From contig JAVZXS010000001.1 of assembly GCA_038886535.1 (NCBI GenBank), forward strand, positions 180,636-244,635: a stretch of DNA of 64,000 bases, written 5' to 3'. Of the stretch, positions 21,271 to 30,390 are shown in pieces. This DNA is from Candidatus Micrarchaeia archaeon (GTDB lineage: Archaea > Micrarchaeota > Micrarchaeia > CABMEP01). The notes beneath the pieces were generated by a model. The model saw only the letters and a list, made by a program, of their open reading frames with translations. It did no database searches and had not been told where the DNA came from. The position numbers and the translations under genes are program-made. Position 1 is the first letter of the stretch. Each line of letters opens with the position of its first letter.

Positions 21271-22622
21271 TGGTGATTTGGATGGAGAATGAAATGGAGA
21301 AAATAAGTAAAAAAATTAGATTAGGCAAAAAGTTAAGTATTGCATTTATTCTCCTACTGATCCTTTCTCCATTGACGTATGCGCAAAACCAATTTGTAAT
21401 AAATTTCGGAACACTTCCATTTGGAAATTGCACTTATAATTCTCAGTGTACATCAAATCTTTGTGTAGAAGGTCAATGTGTTGCATGCACGGCAGATAAA
21501 AATTGTTCTTCAAACCTATGTGAAAACGGAATCTGTATTTCATGTTCTTCAGATTCTCAATGTAGCAGATCAACTAATTACTGTTTGAACGGTGTTTGTA
21601 CTGCTTGCTTGAGCGATTTGTCATGTTCTACAGGTCTTTGTTTGAATGGAGTATGTACAACATGTTCAAATGATATTCAATGTGCAGCAACAGGTTATCC
21701 TTGTATTTCAGGCAGATGTCAGCCATGCACGTCTGACGATCAATGCAGTGTTGGAATCTGCCAGGCTGGAGGAAGATGTAAATCCTGCAGTGAGATCGGA
21801 TGTCCAAACAACTGGATTTGTAATGCGGATACTGGAAAGTGCAGCTGCAGAAGCAATGGCCAATCATGTACATCAGGGTTAGAGTGTTGCACTGGTACAT
21901 GTAGAGCTGGAAGCTGTGCCTTATGTATACTTAATCAAGAATGTCAATCTGGGCAGGTTTGCTTAAATGGATTCTGCGTTCCAGAATCCGAAGCACAACC
22001 ATCACAACTGCCACCAGTTCCTACAACTACAAGTGGTGGAAGAAAATCTTCATCTTCAGATTATCAACAAGCGATCTCTATTCAGAGGGAAGTTGAAAGA
22101 GAGGCTGCAGCACCATTTATATACTCTATTTTCGGTGTAAGCAAAACAAAAATACAAGCAAGTGCTACATGTATAAAAGGTGCTTTATGTAGCACCAGCG
22201 CAGATTGCTGTGGTGCAGAATGTGTCAATGGCCAATGTTTATGTGCTAAAGGAGCATGTGTAACTTCAGGTGAATGCTGTACAGGTTATTGTGAAAACGG
22301 AGTATGTAGAAATCCACCTGTAATGAGTCTTTTCATTGCAGATGCCTTAAATAAACCGATAACATCCCAATTTGCATGCAGCGGTTTGATTGAAGAATGC
22401 GATCCAACTGAAACGCAATGTATTTCAATATGCAATGGTTTAACTGGTCTTTTAGCTTTGGTTTCTATAGGGTTTGGATTCTTTGTCTGGAGGGAATTTA
22501 ATCATCCAGTTCCCGGTTTGGTTGGTGTATTTGTTCCCATCTTAATAGGATTGATCACCTATCCATTTGTAGGGATAATAGTGGGAATAATAATGTTAGG
22601 ATTAATGCTTGCAAGACAATAG
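21270..22622 (+). CDS. Cys-rich repeat surface protein with C-terminal TM helices
   Basis: Signal peptide; tandem ~19-aa C-x5-C-x4-C-x4-C repeats; P/T/S linker; hydrophobic C-terminus; TAATG overlap with the stop of the upstream gene. Confidence 0.85.
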   Translation: MVIWMENEMEKISKKIRLGKKLSIAFILLLILSPLTYAQNQFVINFGTLPFGNCTYNSQCTSNLCVEGQCVACTADKNCSSNLCENGICISCSSDSQCSRSTNYCLNGVCTACLSDLSCSTGLCLNGVCTTCSNDIQCAATGYPCISGRCQPCTSDDQCSVGICQAGGRCKSCSEIGCPNNWICNADTGKCSCRSNGQSCTSGLECCTGTCRAGSCALCILNQECQSGQVCLNGFCVPESEAQPSQLPPVPTTTSGGRKSSSSDYQQAISIQREVEREAAAPFIYSIFGVSKTKIQASATCIKGALCSTSADCCGAECVNGQCLCAKGACVTSGECCTGYCENGVCRNPPVMSLFIADALNKPITSQFACSGLIEECDPTETQCISICNGLTGLLALVSIGFGFFVWREFNHPVPGLVGVFVPILIGLITYPFVGIIVGIIMLGLMLARQ

Positions 22623-22639
22623 TTTAAAAGAGTGATAAT

Positions 22640-23161
22640 ATGTCAAAATATTCATTAGTGTTGTTTACAATTTTATTAGTATCGTTTGTATTTTCTTTAT
22701 CTGATCTTGGAGGTCCTTGTAAATATACTGGAGAGTGTAGACAAGGATTTTGTCTGAATAATACTTGTAGATTTCCTCAAGTTCTTGAAAAATATACAAT
22801 AGGTGAAAATTGCAGTTACACTGCACAGTGTAAAGATGGCTTTTGTAAAGATGGAGAGTGCATAATTCCATTGAGAGAGGAGACGCAGCTTCTTTCATTT
22901 GGAATTAAATCTGGCTGTGCAGGAATAATCGAGAACTGCACAGGTTATTTCTGTTTACTTTGTGACTTTTCATGGATACTTCTGATTGTCTCTGCAAGTA
23001 TTGCCTCATTCGTTGGAAGAAAGAGAGGAAGGTTACTGCCGGTCTTACTATTCGGTTTGCCTATGTTATTAGGTTTGATAGTTTTTCCAGTTCTTGGTTT
23101 TATGCTTGCACTTATAGAAATTTTAATTCTAGGAATAACAAAGAAAAAAGTATCTGGATAA
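22640..23161 (+). CDS. Small Cys-rich membrane protein, related to the upstream gene
   Basis: Signal peptide, two C-x5-C-x4-C-x4-C repeats, CAGIIENC motif (upstream gene has CSGLIEEC), then TM helices. Confidence 0.85.
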   Translation: MSKYSLVLFTILLVSFVFSLSDLGGPCKYTGECRQGFCLNNTCRFPQVLEKYTIGENCSYTAQCKDGFCKDGECIIPLREETQLLSFGIKSGCAGIIENCTGYFCLLCDFSWILLIVSASIASFVGRKRGRLLPVLLFGLPMLLGLIVFPVLGFMLALIEILILGITKKKVSG

Positions 23162-23231
23162 AATAGAGGAATCAATTATCATCTGTCGTTTTTAAACGAG
23201 AATGAATATAAAAATTTGCTTATAATATTTA

Positions 23232-24209
23232 TTGAGGCAGTATATGATAGGCGACAATATAAAAAGAGTGGAAGAGATAAGATATCTTATAAGCAAAAAG
23301 ACATTTGAATTAATGAAATACAAACTTTTAGGTAGATCAAATTTAGAAGATTTAGAGTCAGAGTTAAACTTATTAAAACAAGAAATGGCAAATCATCTAT
23401 CTTCCATTCAAGATGCAGGTTATGTATATATCTTAATTAATAAGAGAGAGATAGAAAAATTAAAAGAAGATTTCACAAAACTTTCTCAGGAGGAAAAGAT
23501 AAATGCATTTAAAGAAATAGGAAAAGGTTATGAAATACTTTTTAAATCCAATTTACTTCTTAAGAAAAACTACGAAAATAGAGAAACTATAGCTACACTC
23601 ATACTCTCTCTTCCGGCAGATGACAAGATAGTTCAGATCGTAAAGAATTATTTAGAAGGTTACTCTGATGGTGGAGAATTTAAGTTAGAAAGTCAACTTG
23701 CTTCCTCTAGGATTTCTTCACTTATTTCTTCTTTAGGTTTTATCTCTTCTTTCGAAGGTGAAAATGTTATTTTAGGAAATTCATTTAACAAAAACAAATT
23801 AAAAGAAGAAATAGTTAAAGATGTTTTTCCAATAGATAATGATATAACGGAAACTGGTTCTGATTTAAGACGTCAAGAATTTCTTGATTCGCATATTAGA
23901 GCAGAAATAAATGATATAGAAGAAACAAAGCCAATACCAGCACAAATTTTAGATAAAAATGAAAATAAAGAAAATTATAAGGAGAGTACAGGTCAAAGCC
24001 AATTATCTTCAGAAGATCTTCAACCAAATCTGACATATAATGAAGTATGTCAAAAGATAGAAGAAATTATGAATAATTACAAGATGAAAAGATGGGTTCT
24101 AGGCGCATTTAAGGACGATGAAGAAAAAAAACAATACGAAAAAATACAATCACTTTTAATCAAGCTTATTCGTCTGAAACAGTCAATGGAAGAAAAAGGG
24201 GAGAAATAG
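23232..24209 (+). CDS. Hypothetical protein (start may be ATG 23244)
   Basis: 325-aa helical, K/E-rich ORF; no motif recognised. Confidence 0.7.
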   Translation: MRQYMIGDNIKRVEEIRYLISKKTFELMKYKLLGRSNLEDLESELNLLKQEMANHLSSIQDAGYVYILINKREIEKLKEDFTKLSQEEKINAFKEIGKGYEILFKSNLLLKKNYENRETIATLILSLPADDKIVQIVKNYLEGYSDGGEFKLESQLASSRISSLISSLGFISSFEGENVILGNSFNKNKLKEEIVKDVFPIDNDITETGSDLRRQEFLDSHIRAEINDIEETKPIPAQILDKNENKENYKESTGQSQLSSEDLQPNLTYNEVCQKIEEIMNNYKMKRWVLGAFKDDEEKKQYEKIQSLLIKLIRLKQSMEEKGEK

Positions 24210-24240
24210 GTAAAAAGAAACAAAAGACAAAAATAAAAGT

Positions 24241-25410
24241 TTAGAATTTTAATTGTGTACCTAGAACTAATTTTGAATCCTGTCTGTTTTCTTCGTTGTA
24301 AAGTCTGATTATTTTCTGGAGCGTATGTGTATATCCGATCTTAATCGCAAAGTTTCTTATAATCTCTCTTTTATAATAGAAATTAATTGTGTCTATAACT
24401 TCTTTTTCTAGGAAGTTATTAAATGATCCGTCTGTATCATTATATTTTCTAGTTGTTTTGGTGTACTCTCCTACAACTAAGTTCTTTCCTAATGTTATAG
24501 GTAATCTTACTCCAATTTCAGTTTTACTTGTCTTTATATCATTGTTTCTTTTGTGTGTTTCAAATACAAAATAATAAGCACCAGGTTGGCAGCTTCCAAG
24601 ATAGCATATATCCCCTTGAATTGCATATTCATCAATATCGTCTAAGGAATGATTTATAGTTCCTTTAGCCTTGATAAACCAAATTATGGGAGTTATATTT
24701 TGATTTATTATATATTGTAAATAAAATTTGTTTCCCATATAAGATGCATTCATATCTTCATTTAACATCTCGTTATTATTTTTATCTCCATATATAGTTA
24801 TTGGGTTTCCATTTACATCATAACCTATGAGTAAACCTACATCCTTACGTAAAGAGTTGTATTTCATAACCCACTTTTTCTGTATTTCTTCATTGTAGTA
24901 ACCAATTCCAAATTTTATTTTTTCATTAACCCCATCTGGCGCTATACTTGTGCCAATACCAAAAAATCCACCAGTTAATTTTGTTTCGTCATTATTTTTA
25001 TAATCGGTGTAATCTCCATATATAGATTTACCTGTATATTTTGAATCTATGGATTCTTTTCCTCTGTTTATTTCGATCTGTAAAAATGTTCTTCCAACTA
25101 CTTCATTCTTCCAATAAATAGAAACATTAGAATATGTATTTGAGACATTGTCTTTGCTATTAAAATAGTTATCTTTTTGGATTTCAGAAATATTTTTATC
25201 ATCTATATGATATTCGTATTCTATTACAGTTCCATTTTCATAATGCTCCTTTATGAATGGAGTTTTAATTGGATCTTCGGCCTTAATGTTCCTTCCAAAA
25301 ACCATCAAACTAAGACCAAGAATCCCTATTTTTGCAGCTTTCCATATTCTATTTTCTTTTCCCATATTTTTAGGTCTAACATTCTCACAATTTTTTTCAA
25401 TATTTTCCAT
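24241..25410 (-). CDS. Secreted hypothetical protein with beta-barrel-like sequence pattern
   Basis: GGAGG upstream of ATG 25410; signal-like segment ending IKA-ED; alternating amphipathic strands; C-terminus KLVLGTQLKF. Confidence 0.7.
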   Translation of the reverse strand: MENIEKNCENVRPKNMGKENRIWKAAKIGILGLSLMVFGRNIKAEDPIKTPFIKEHYENGTVIEYEYHIDDKNISEIQKDNYFNSKDNVSNTYSNVSIYWKNEVVGRTFLQIEINRGKESIDSKYTGKSIYGDYTDYKNNDETKLTGGFFGIGTSIAPDGVNEKIKFGIGYYNEEIQKKWVMKYNSLRKDVGLLIGYDVNGNPITIYGDKNNNEMLNEDMNASYMGNKFYLQYIINQNITPIIWFIKAKGTINHSLDDIDEYAIQGDICYLGSCQPGAYYFVFETHKRNNDIKTSKTEIGVRLPITLGKNLVVGEYTKTTRKYNDTDGSFNNFLEKEVIDTINFYYKREIIRNFAIKIGYTHTLQKIIRLYNEENRQDSKLVLGTQLKF

Positions 25411-25606
25411 ATTCCTCCCACCAATAATCAATTTACATTACTTTTTGGACACAAATGAGATATATAAACTTTTCGTTTTAGTGGTTTATCAGCCATAAAA
25501 ATCAGTTGTTTTAGGATCTTAATCCTGATCTAGCCTCTAATTAGCTTTATCTTGTAATAAAAATAGTAGCAGTCTAAGAGATTCAAATTAAATGAAAAAG
25601 AGTATT

Positions 25607-26083
25607 TCATTTCTTTGTTTTCTGGATAAGCTGTTTTTCAACATACTCAAGCTTGTTTGCAAGTTTTTCTATTTCTTTTCGTATCAATGAGATCTCACTA
25701 GAAATTTTAGTTTTAAATTCTGTAGTTTTTCCTGCTTCTTTTATTGATTCAAGACGTTCATTAAGTCTTTCTAATGTCTTTTTAGAAGCAGAAAGATCGT
25801 ATAAAATCATGTTTTGGAATGCCTGTGTAGTTATCGGAATTATTACGGGTTTGAAGCCACTTATGCTTTCTATTTTTGCTTCTTCTATCTTCTCTGCCTG
25901 CGCGGTCTCTTTTGCAATCTTCTTTACCATTTTCTTAAGCGTACTAAGATTTAGCATTCTAATATCTGTTTTTTTGAGTATTTCATCTTTAAGTTCTTCC
26001 ATCTTTGCTTTACTTATTTTCTTTGTTTTTACTCCCTTAAGAAAAGCGACAATTATTTCACGAGTTTTTTGATCTATCTCCAT
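25607..26083 (-). CDS. Hypothetical coiled-coil protein
   Basis: 158-aa K/E-rich ORF with a purine-rich RBS-like sequence upstream. Confidence 0.7.
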   Translation of the reverse strand: MEIDQKTREIIVAFLKGVKTKKISKAKMEELKDEILKKTDIRMLNLSTLKKMVKKIAKETAQAEKIEEAKIESISGFKPVIIPITTQAFQNMILYDLSASKKTLERLNERLESIKEAGKTTEFKTKISSEISLIRKEIEKLANKLEYVEKQLIQKTKK

Positions 26084-26183
26084 ATCGCTCTACCCTCTCA
26101 ATCAATATATCTCCTGTCATTTATATTATATTTTAATATTGTCTGAAAAGATTTTTAAATTGTATAAAGTGTAAACGATTTAA

Positions 26184-27353
26184 CTAACAGAAAAAAGAGT
26201 TTAGAGAGACCTGAATCCCTCTTTGCGATATTTCCTTTAAAAGTTTACTTTCTTTTATCCAATCTTTTATTTTAATAGTTAATCTACTATTAACATATCT
26301 TAATGTTTCTTTTAAAGTTTGGAATTTTACAGGCTCTTTCTTTAGTGCTTCTCTCACACATTCTCTTGTTAACCATACTCCAAGTGGTATGTAATCCTTG
26401 TATGCCTCTCTAAGGATTATTACAGCTGCCTGCTTTTTCTTTTTTTCAAGTAATTCACTTACTGCAAGTCTACAGCTGTAGTAACATCCTCCTATTAATG
26501 CGTATTCTTTTTTCTTATGATAAAGTTCATAATCGCTGAATATATCCACTTTAGTGCCATCTTCTGAATAAAACGCCTCCATAGATTCATAACTCCATTG
26601 CTGGGGAATAAATATTATAACAAATTTATTTCTCATATGTTCATATTCGTAAACAAGGTACTCCTCTAGTTGCGGATATTCTCTTATATTTTCCAGCATT
26701 CTTTCGCTTATTGTACTATCAACCGCTGTAATCGACCACCTAGTTGGAACGAGTTTTCTATTTTTCTTTAATCCAAATGCACCTACACTTAAGGCTCTTT
26801 GAATTGCACTAACGTTTACACCTTTTTTATACAATTCAAATACTGCATCAGATGCCTTTAGGTCTGTATCGTAATACATTTTCTCTATTTTTTCATCGTA
26901 TTTACTGTTGCCAATGTACCAATTTTTTATTGGTGCGGAAGGACCAAAAGGCTGCAATTCTTCATGGAAAAATCCTCCAGTAGGCTTCTTTGCAAATTCA
27001 AGTTCTACTTCAGTTGAAAATTTTGAAAGCGCAATATCTCTAATATTGTCAATGAATCTATTTTCTTCTTTTATTCCGACTAACTTTTTACCTCTTACAA
27101 GCTGAAGCCTTAGATTTACAATCTCTTCAGGATTTGACATTTTATTTAACCAACATTCCGGTAGATCCATTATTTTTGTATCACCATGCAATGGTGGTGT
27201 CATAGGTCCGACATAAACTTTTGGATAACCATAACTGCCTATAAATACAGAAGGAGGAGTTGCTCCATCCATTTTTTCACTTACGTCTACTGATTTGAAG
27301 AATCTTGTCTTTTCGTATATTCTTGCAAGAAGTGCAGCCTTTCCCTTTATCAT
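26184..27353 (-). CDS. nreA: Nre-family DNA repair protein
   Basis: PPSVFIGSYGYPKV, RKLVPTRWSITAVD, GGCYYSCRL, YIPLGVWLTRE; C-terminal PIP box QVSLNSFF. Confidence 0.92.
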   Translation of the reverse strand: MIKGKAALLARIYEKTRFFKSVDVSEKMDGATPPSVFIGSYGYPKVYVGPMTPPLHGDTKIMDLPECWLNKMSNPEEIVNLRLQLVRGKKLVGIKEENRFIDNIRDIALSKFSTEVELEFAKKPTGGFFHEELQPFGPSAPIKNWYIGNSKYDEKIEKMYYDTDLKASDAVFELYKKGVNVSAIQRALSVGAFGLKKNRKLVPTRWSITAVDSTISERMLENIREYPQLEEYLVYEYEHMRNKFVIIFIPQQWSYESMEAFYSEDGTKVDIFSDYELYHKKKEYALIGGCYYSCRLAVSELLEKKKKQAAVIILREAYKDYIPLGVWLTRECVREALKKEPVKFQTLKETLRYVNSRLTIKIKDWIKESKLLKEISQRGIQVSLNSFFC

Positions 27354-27357
27354 AGAT

Positions 27358-28059
27358 TCACTCTTTATTAGAATGTATAAGCAGATATACTCTTTTTGCT
27401 TTTGCCTTTCCTATTACTCTCTCAATCTCCTTTATATCAGAAGTGAAGAATCTTTCTAAAGTTCCAAATTCCTGAAGTATCTTTTCTGCTGTCGATGGCC
27501 CTATTGATGGAAAGGATTGAAGAACCCTTAACTGTTCATCCCTAAATGAAAATGTTTTAGTCTTTACCAAGAGTCTTAACGGTCGTGATTCTTGCATCTG
27601 TTCTTTTTTTGCTATTAAGGATATGTATTTTGCAGTTTCTTCAATATTTTTTGTGTTTATTACATGAATTCCGTAATTCATTATAATCGAGAGATATGCA
27701 CCTATAAATGCGTTTTGTCTTATTCTTTCTGCCTTCATATGTCCTTCTATTATAAGAATAGGGATCTCATAGTTCTCACTCATTTTTGTTGCCTGTTCAA
27801 AAAGACGATTATCTATTATACTTGACTCGAAATCACTTGAAGTTTTTCTTTCTATTACTATTCGATTCGATATGATAATATCTCCGATTTCTAATTGTTT
27901 TAAGTTAACTTTTATGTCATGTTTTTCTACTAATTCTATAAGTTCTTCAGATTCTCGAGAATCAATAAAAATTTCAACATTCTTTTCTTTATAAAATTCA
28001 GATATTTGGGACTGTTCTACTCTTTCGTATTTACTTTGTTCATTCTGTTCTTTTTCCAT
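27358..28059 (-). CDS. xpf: Short XPF/ERCC4 structure-specific nuclease (nuclease + HhH, no helicase)
   Basis: IFIDSRE, GDIIIS, VIERKT..DF..S..D.RL..Q, HhH PSIGPSTA. Confidence 0.9.
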   Translation of the reverse strand: MEKEQNEQSKYERVEQSQISEFYKEKNVEIFIDSRESEELIELVEKHDIKVNLKQLEIGDIIISNRIVIERKTSSDFESSIIDNRLFEQATKMSENYEIPILIIEGHMKAERIRQNAFIGAYLSIIMNYGIHVINTKNIEETAKYISLIAKKEQMQESRPLRLLVKTKTFSFRDEQLRVLQSFPSIGPSTAEKILQEFGTLERFFTSDIKEIERVIGKAKAKRVYLLIHSNKE

Positions 28060-28121
28060 AGGTAAAATTTAGATTTGATATTATTAATCTTTTCTATACT
28101 AAACTTCTAGTGATCTGAGGA

Positions 28122-28847
28122 TTAAACTATTCTTGACAATTCCTCTATTTCTTCGAAGCTTATCGAACAGCCATTGAATTTTAGAGCATATAAAGCAGCT
28201 TTGTAAGCTTCTCTCTCAAGATCTCCAAATTTCTTGAAATACCCTTTAGATTTTGCAAGTGCAAGAATCTCACTGCTTCTTATTACATTTATTCCAGCTG
28301 TCATCTCTCTAAATCTTCTAAAAAGGAGGTCATTAATATTCATTTTAATTCTAAATTCATTTTCTATGTGCTTTTTTAATTCAAATGGTGATTCTATGAG
28401 CATTCTTGTAGTTCTTTCATCCATCAACACAAATCCAACTTTATTATCTATTGCTGTAGCTAGCATCTCTGCTTCCCCATGATTAACAAGATGAAAGGGT
28501 CTATCTGTGTAGAACATGTTATTTGTGACTCTGAGTATCTCATCATAAGTACTTTTTTCATACTTTCCAATTCTAAATGCTCCAGATTTGAGTGCTCTTT
28601 TTATTCTTATTGCTGAAAATGCATATTCTGGTTTTTTAATTGGAGTGTTTATACTTTCATCAATCACCCCTTCAGTAATGATGAGATCTCCTTTTATCTC
28701 TTTTCTTAACATCATGAGTGCACCTAAAAGACCAGCATCCGTAAGAGAAATAAGCGAAGATGAATCACAAACTACTGAATTTGGATTTATTCGCCTTTCT
28801 CTATCTTCTTTAAAATATTCTGTTCTATCAATATCTTCTCGTACCAT
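28122..28847 (-). CDS. PIN-domain-like protein (DUF3368-like)
   Basis: VVCDSSSLISL, GVIDE, GEAEMLA, LMDERTTR match the PIN acidic motif spacing. Confidence 0.7.
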   Translation of the reverse strand: MVREDIDRTEYFKEDRERRINPNSVVCDSSSLISLTDAGLLGALMMLRKEIKGDLIITEGVIDESINTPIKKPEYAFSAIRIKRALKSGAFRIGKYEKSTYDEILRVTNNMFYTDRPFHLVNHGEAEMLATAIDNKVGFVLMDERTTRMLIESPFELKKHIENEFRIKMNINDLLFRRFREMTAGINVIRSSEILALAKSKGYFKKFGDLEREAYKAALYALKFNGCSISFEEIEELSRIV

Positions 28848-29425
28848 TAAGATACCTCTTTCTTATTTCTTTCTTTAAGAATTTTCTTTGCAATATTAAA
28901 TCTTTCTTTAGCGCTTATTGTTCTTCCTACTCTATCAGACATCACTGTCTTACCTGAATAATTAAGTACTTCTTGTTTTTGTGCACCTGTTATTGAAATA
29001 GTTCTACTTAGTGACAGACCTTGTGCATATAGACTTGCAGCTATTTTTGTTCTTCCTTTTTCTATTATACCGATTATATATCTTTTATCTTTTTCATCAA
29101 AATCTGTAATTGTTTCAAGTGTTTTCCATACAGAACTTATCAGTGCAATTTCATCCTTAGATTTTGCAAATTGAACCGCCTGTGTAAGATTAATGTCTAT
29201 CTTTTGATATAGGGAAGCATTTCTAAATCTAGCCTTTACGAGAATCTTAGAAAGAGTATAGGAAAGTAAAGCTAGTGTAAAGAATAATTTTTCATCAAGA
29301 AGAATATTTTTTTCACATTTATTGTTAATTTCCCTTAATTTTTTTATATCATAATCCTTAAATGCGAGCTTGATCTGATTTATACATTCTATCATTTCTA
29401 GTTCCTTATTTATTTCTTTTATCAT
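28847..29425 (-). CDS. Hypothetical protein with C-terminal UPF0175/HTH-like segment
   Basis: KIAASLYAQGLSLSRTISITG; stop overlaps the start of the PIN gene by 1 nt. Confidence 0.65.
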   Translation of the reverse strand: MIKEINKELEMIECINQIKLAFKDYDIKKLREINNKCEKNILLDEKLFFTLALLSYTLSKILVKARFRNASLYQKIDINLTQAVQFAKSKDEIALISSVWKTLETITDFDEKDKRYIIGIIEKGRTKIAASLYAQGLSLSRTISITGAQKQEVLNYSGKTVMSDRVGRTISAKERFNIAKKILKERNKKEVS

Positions 29426-29543
29426 GAATTGTTTTTGATGGTTATAATTTTAAATCTTCTTTTTATGCATAAATTTGTAATCAAAATAGTTCCTATTTTT
29501 GGAAGCGAAAAATGTCGCTTCGACGTAAAAGAAAAAGCAAAGC

Positions 29544-29579
29544 TTTATAAATCTTAACTGTCATGATAGTATCATGACA
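29544..29579 (+). promoter_or_regulatory. TATA box followed by a perfect palindromic operator-like site
   Basis: TTTATAAA (29544-29551) preceded by an A-rich BRE-like run; TGTCATGATA-G-TATCATGACA (29559-29579). Confidence 0.7.
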
Positions 29580-29741
29580 CATAAATTAGAATCATGATTG
29601 GTATGGTTCCAATCGTGATCTGTTTTGTGTGTCTTAATAGTATATGTTCATATGGGCTTAAAAAGCTTGCGGTATGGGCGACAAGGCGGAAATGCAAAAC
29701 GCATGAATGCCGGCAGATCGCCAATATAGACAAGTGGGAAT

Positions 29742-30257
29742 ATGAAACCACAAGAAAACAAAAATGAAGAGTTCGAAAATACGCTTGAATACAAGGTTGC
29801 GAATTTCAAGAAAGAGGCAAACGAAGAAATCGCAGCTCTTGAAAGAGAGATCGCTAAGCTAAGAGATCCCACCGTCCATTCCGCTCTTATGTATCTTTCA
29901 GTTAAAGAAAAGGAGAACACTAATCGATTATTAAAAAATATATACGCGAGGCTTGACCAGCTCGAGGAAAAATTGAAGCAGATGGAACAGAAATTAAGCA
30001 GCGTTGGCACTGTACCCTCAAATTCAGCGCCAGCGCTCTTGCTCTCATCAGTTGATCAAAAGATAATCGATTACATAAAAGAAAACGGTCCCTCCTCTGC
30101 AGAGACCATACAAAAGGTTTTTGCATACAAGGGAAGAAATGCCGCATCTGCAAGATTGAATAAACTTGCAACATTCGGCTATCTTGTAAAGCAGAGGGCA
30201 GGAAAAGTAATTTATTATGCTTACCCAGATAATCAAAGCGAGGCGAATTTGAGGTAG
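29742..30257 (+). CDS. Coiled-coil plus C-terminal winged-helix DNA-binding protein
   Basis: N-terminal heptads; LSSVDQKIIDYIKENGPSSAETI...ASARLNKLATFGYLVKQRAGKVIYY follows the wHTH pattern. Confidence 0.8.
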   Translation: MKPQENKNEEFENTLEYKVANFKKEANEEIAALEREIAKLRDPTVHSALMYLSVKEKENTNRLLKNIYARLDQLEEKLKQMEQKLSSVGTVPSNSAPALLLSSVDQKIIDYIKENGPSSAETIQKVFAYKGRNAASARLNKLATFGYLVKQRAGKVIYYAYPDNQSEANLR

Positions 30258-30390
30258 TGTGCGAGGCGACAAAGAGGCGGGGGTTATGACCAACCCCCAA
30301 TCATACTTATGGGCGGGTGAGAACTCCCACACATTCCCGCCCTACTCTAATTTTATTTTATTACTTATTGCGATCATTGATAAAGGATTT

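Noticed and set aside
21400..22320. Periodic sequence as a CRISPR array or DNA tandem repeat
   Set aside because: The periodicity is at protein level (Cys repeats); the DNA copies are divergent and no cas genes are present.
13114..23161. Diversity-generating retroelement target
   Set aside because: No reverse transcriptase and no near-identical TR/VR pair with adenine-specific differences seen in the window.
29648..30332. Three minus-strand ORFs (29648-30010, 29920-30300, 30048-30332)
   Set aside because: They overlap the better supported wHTH gene; open frames are expected from the locally higher GC.
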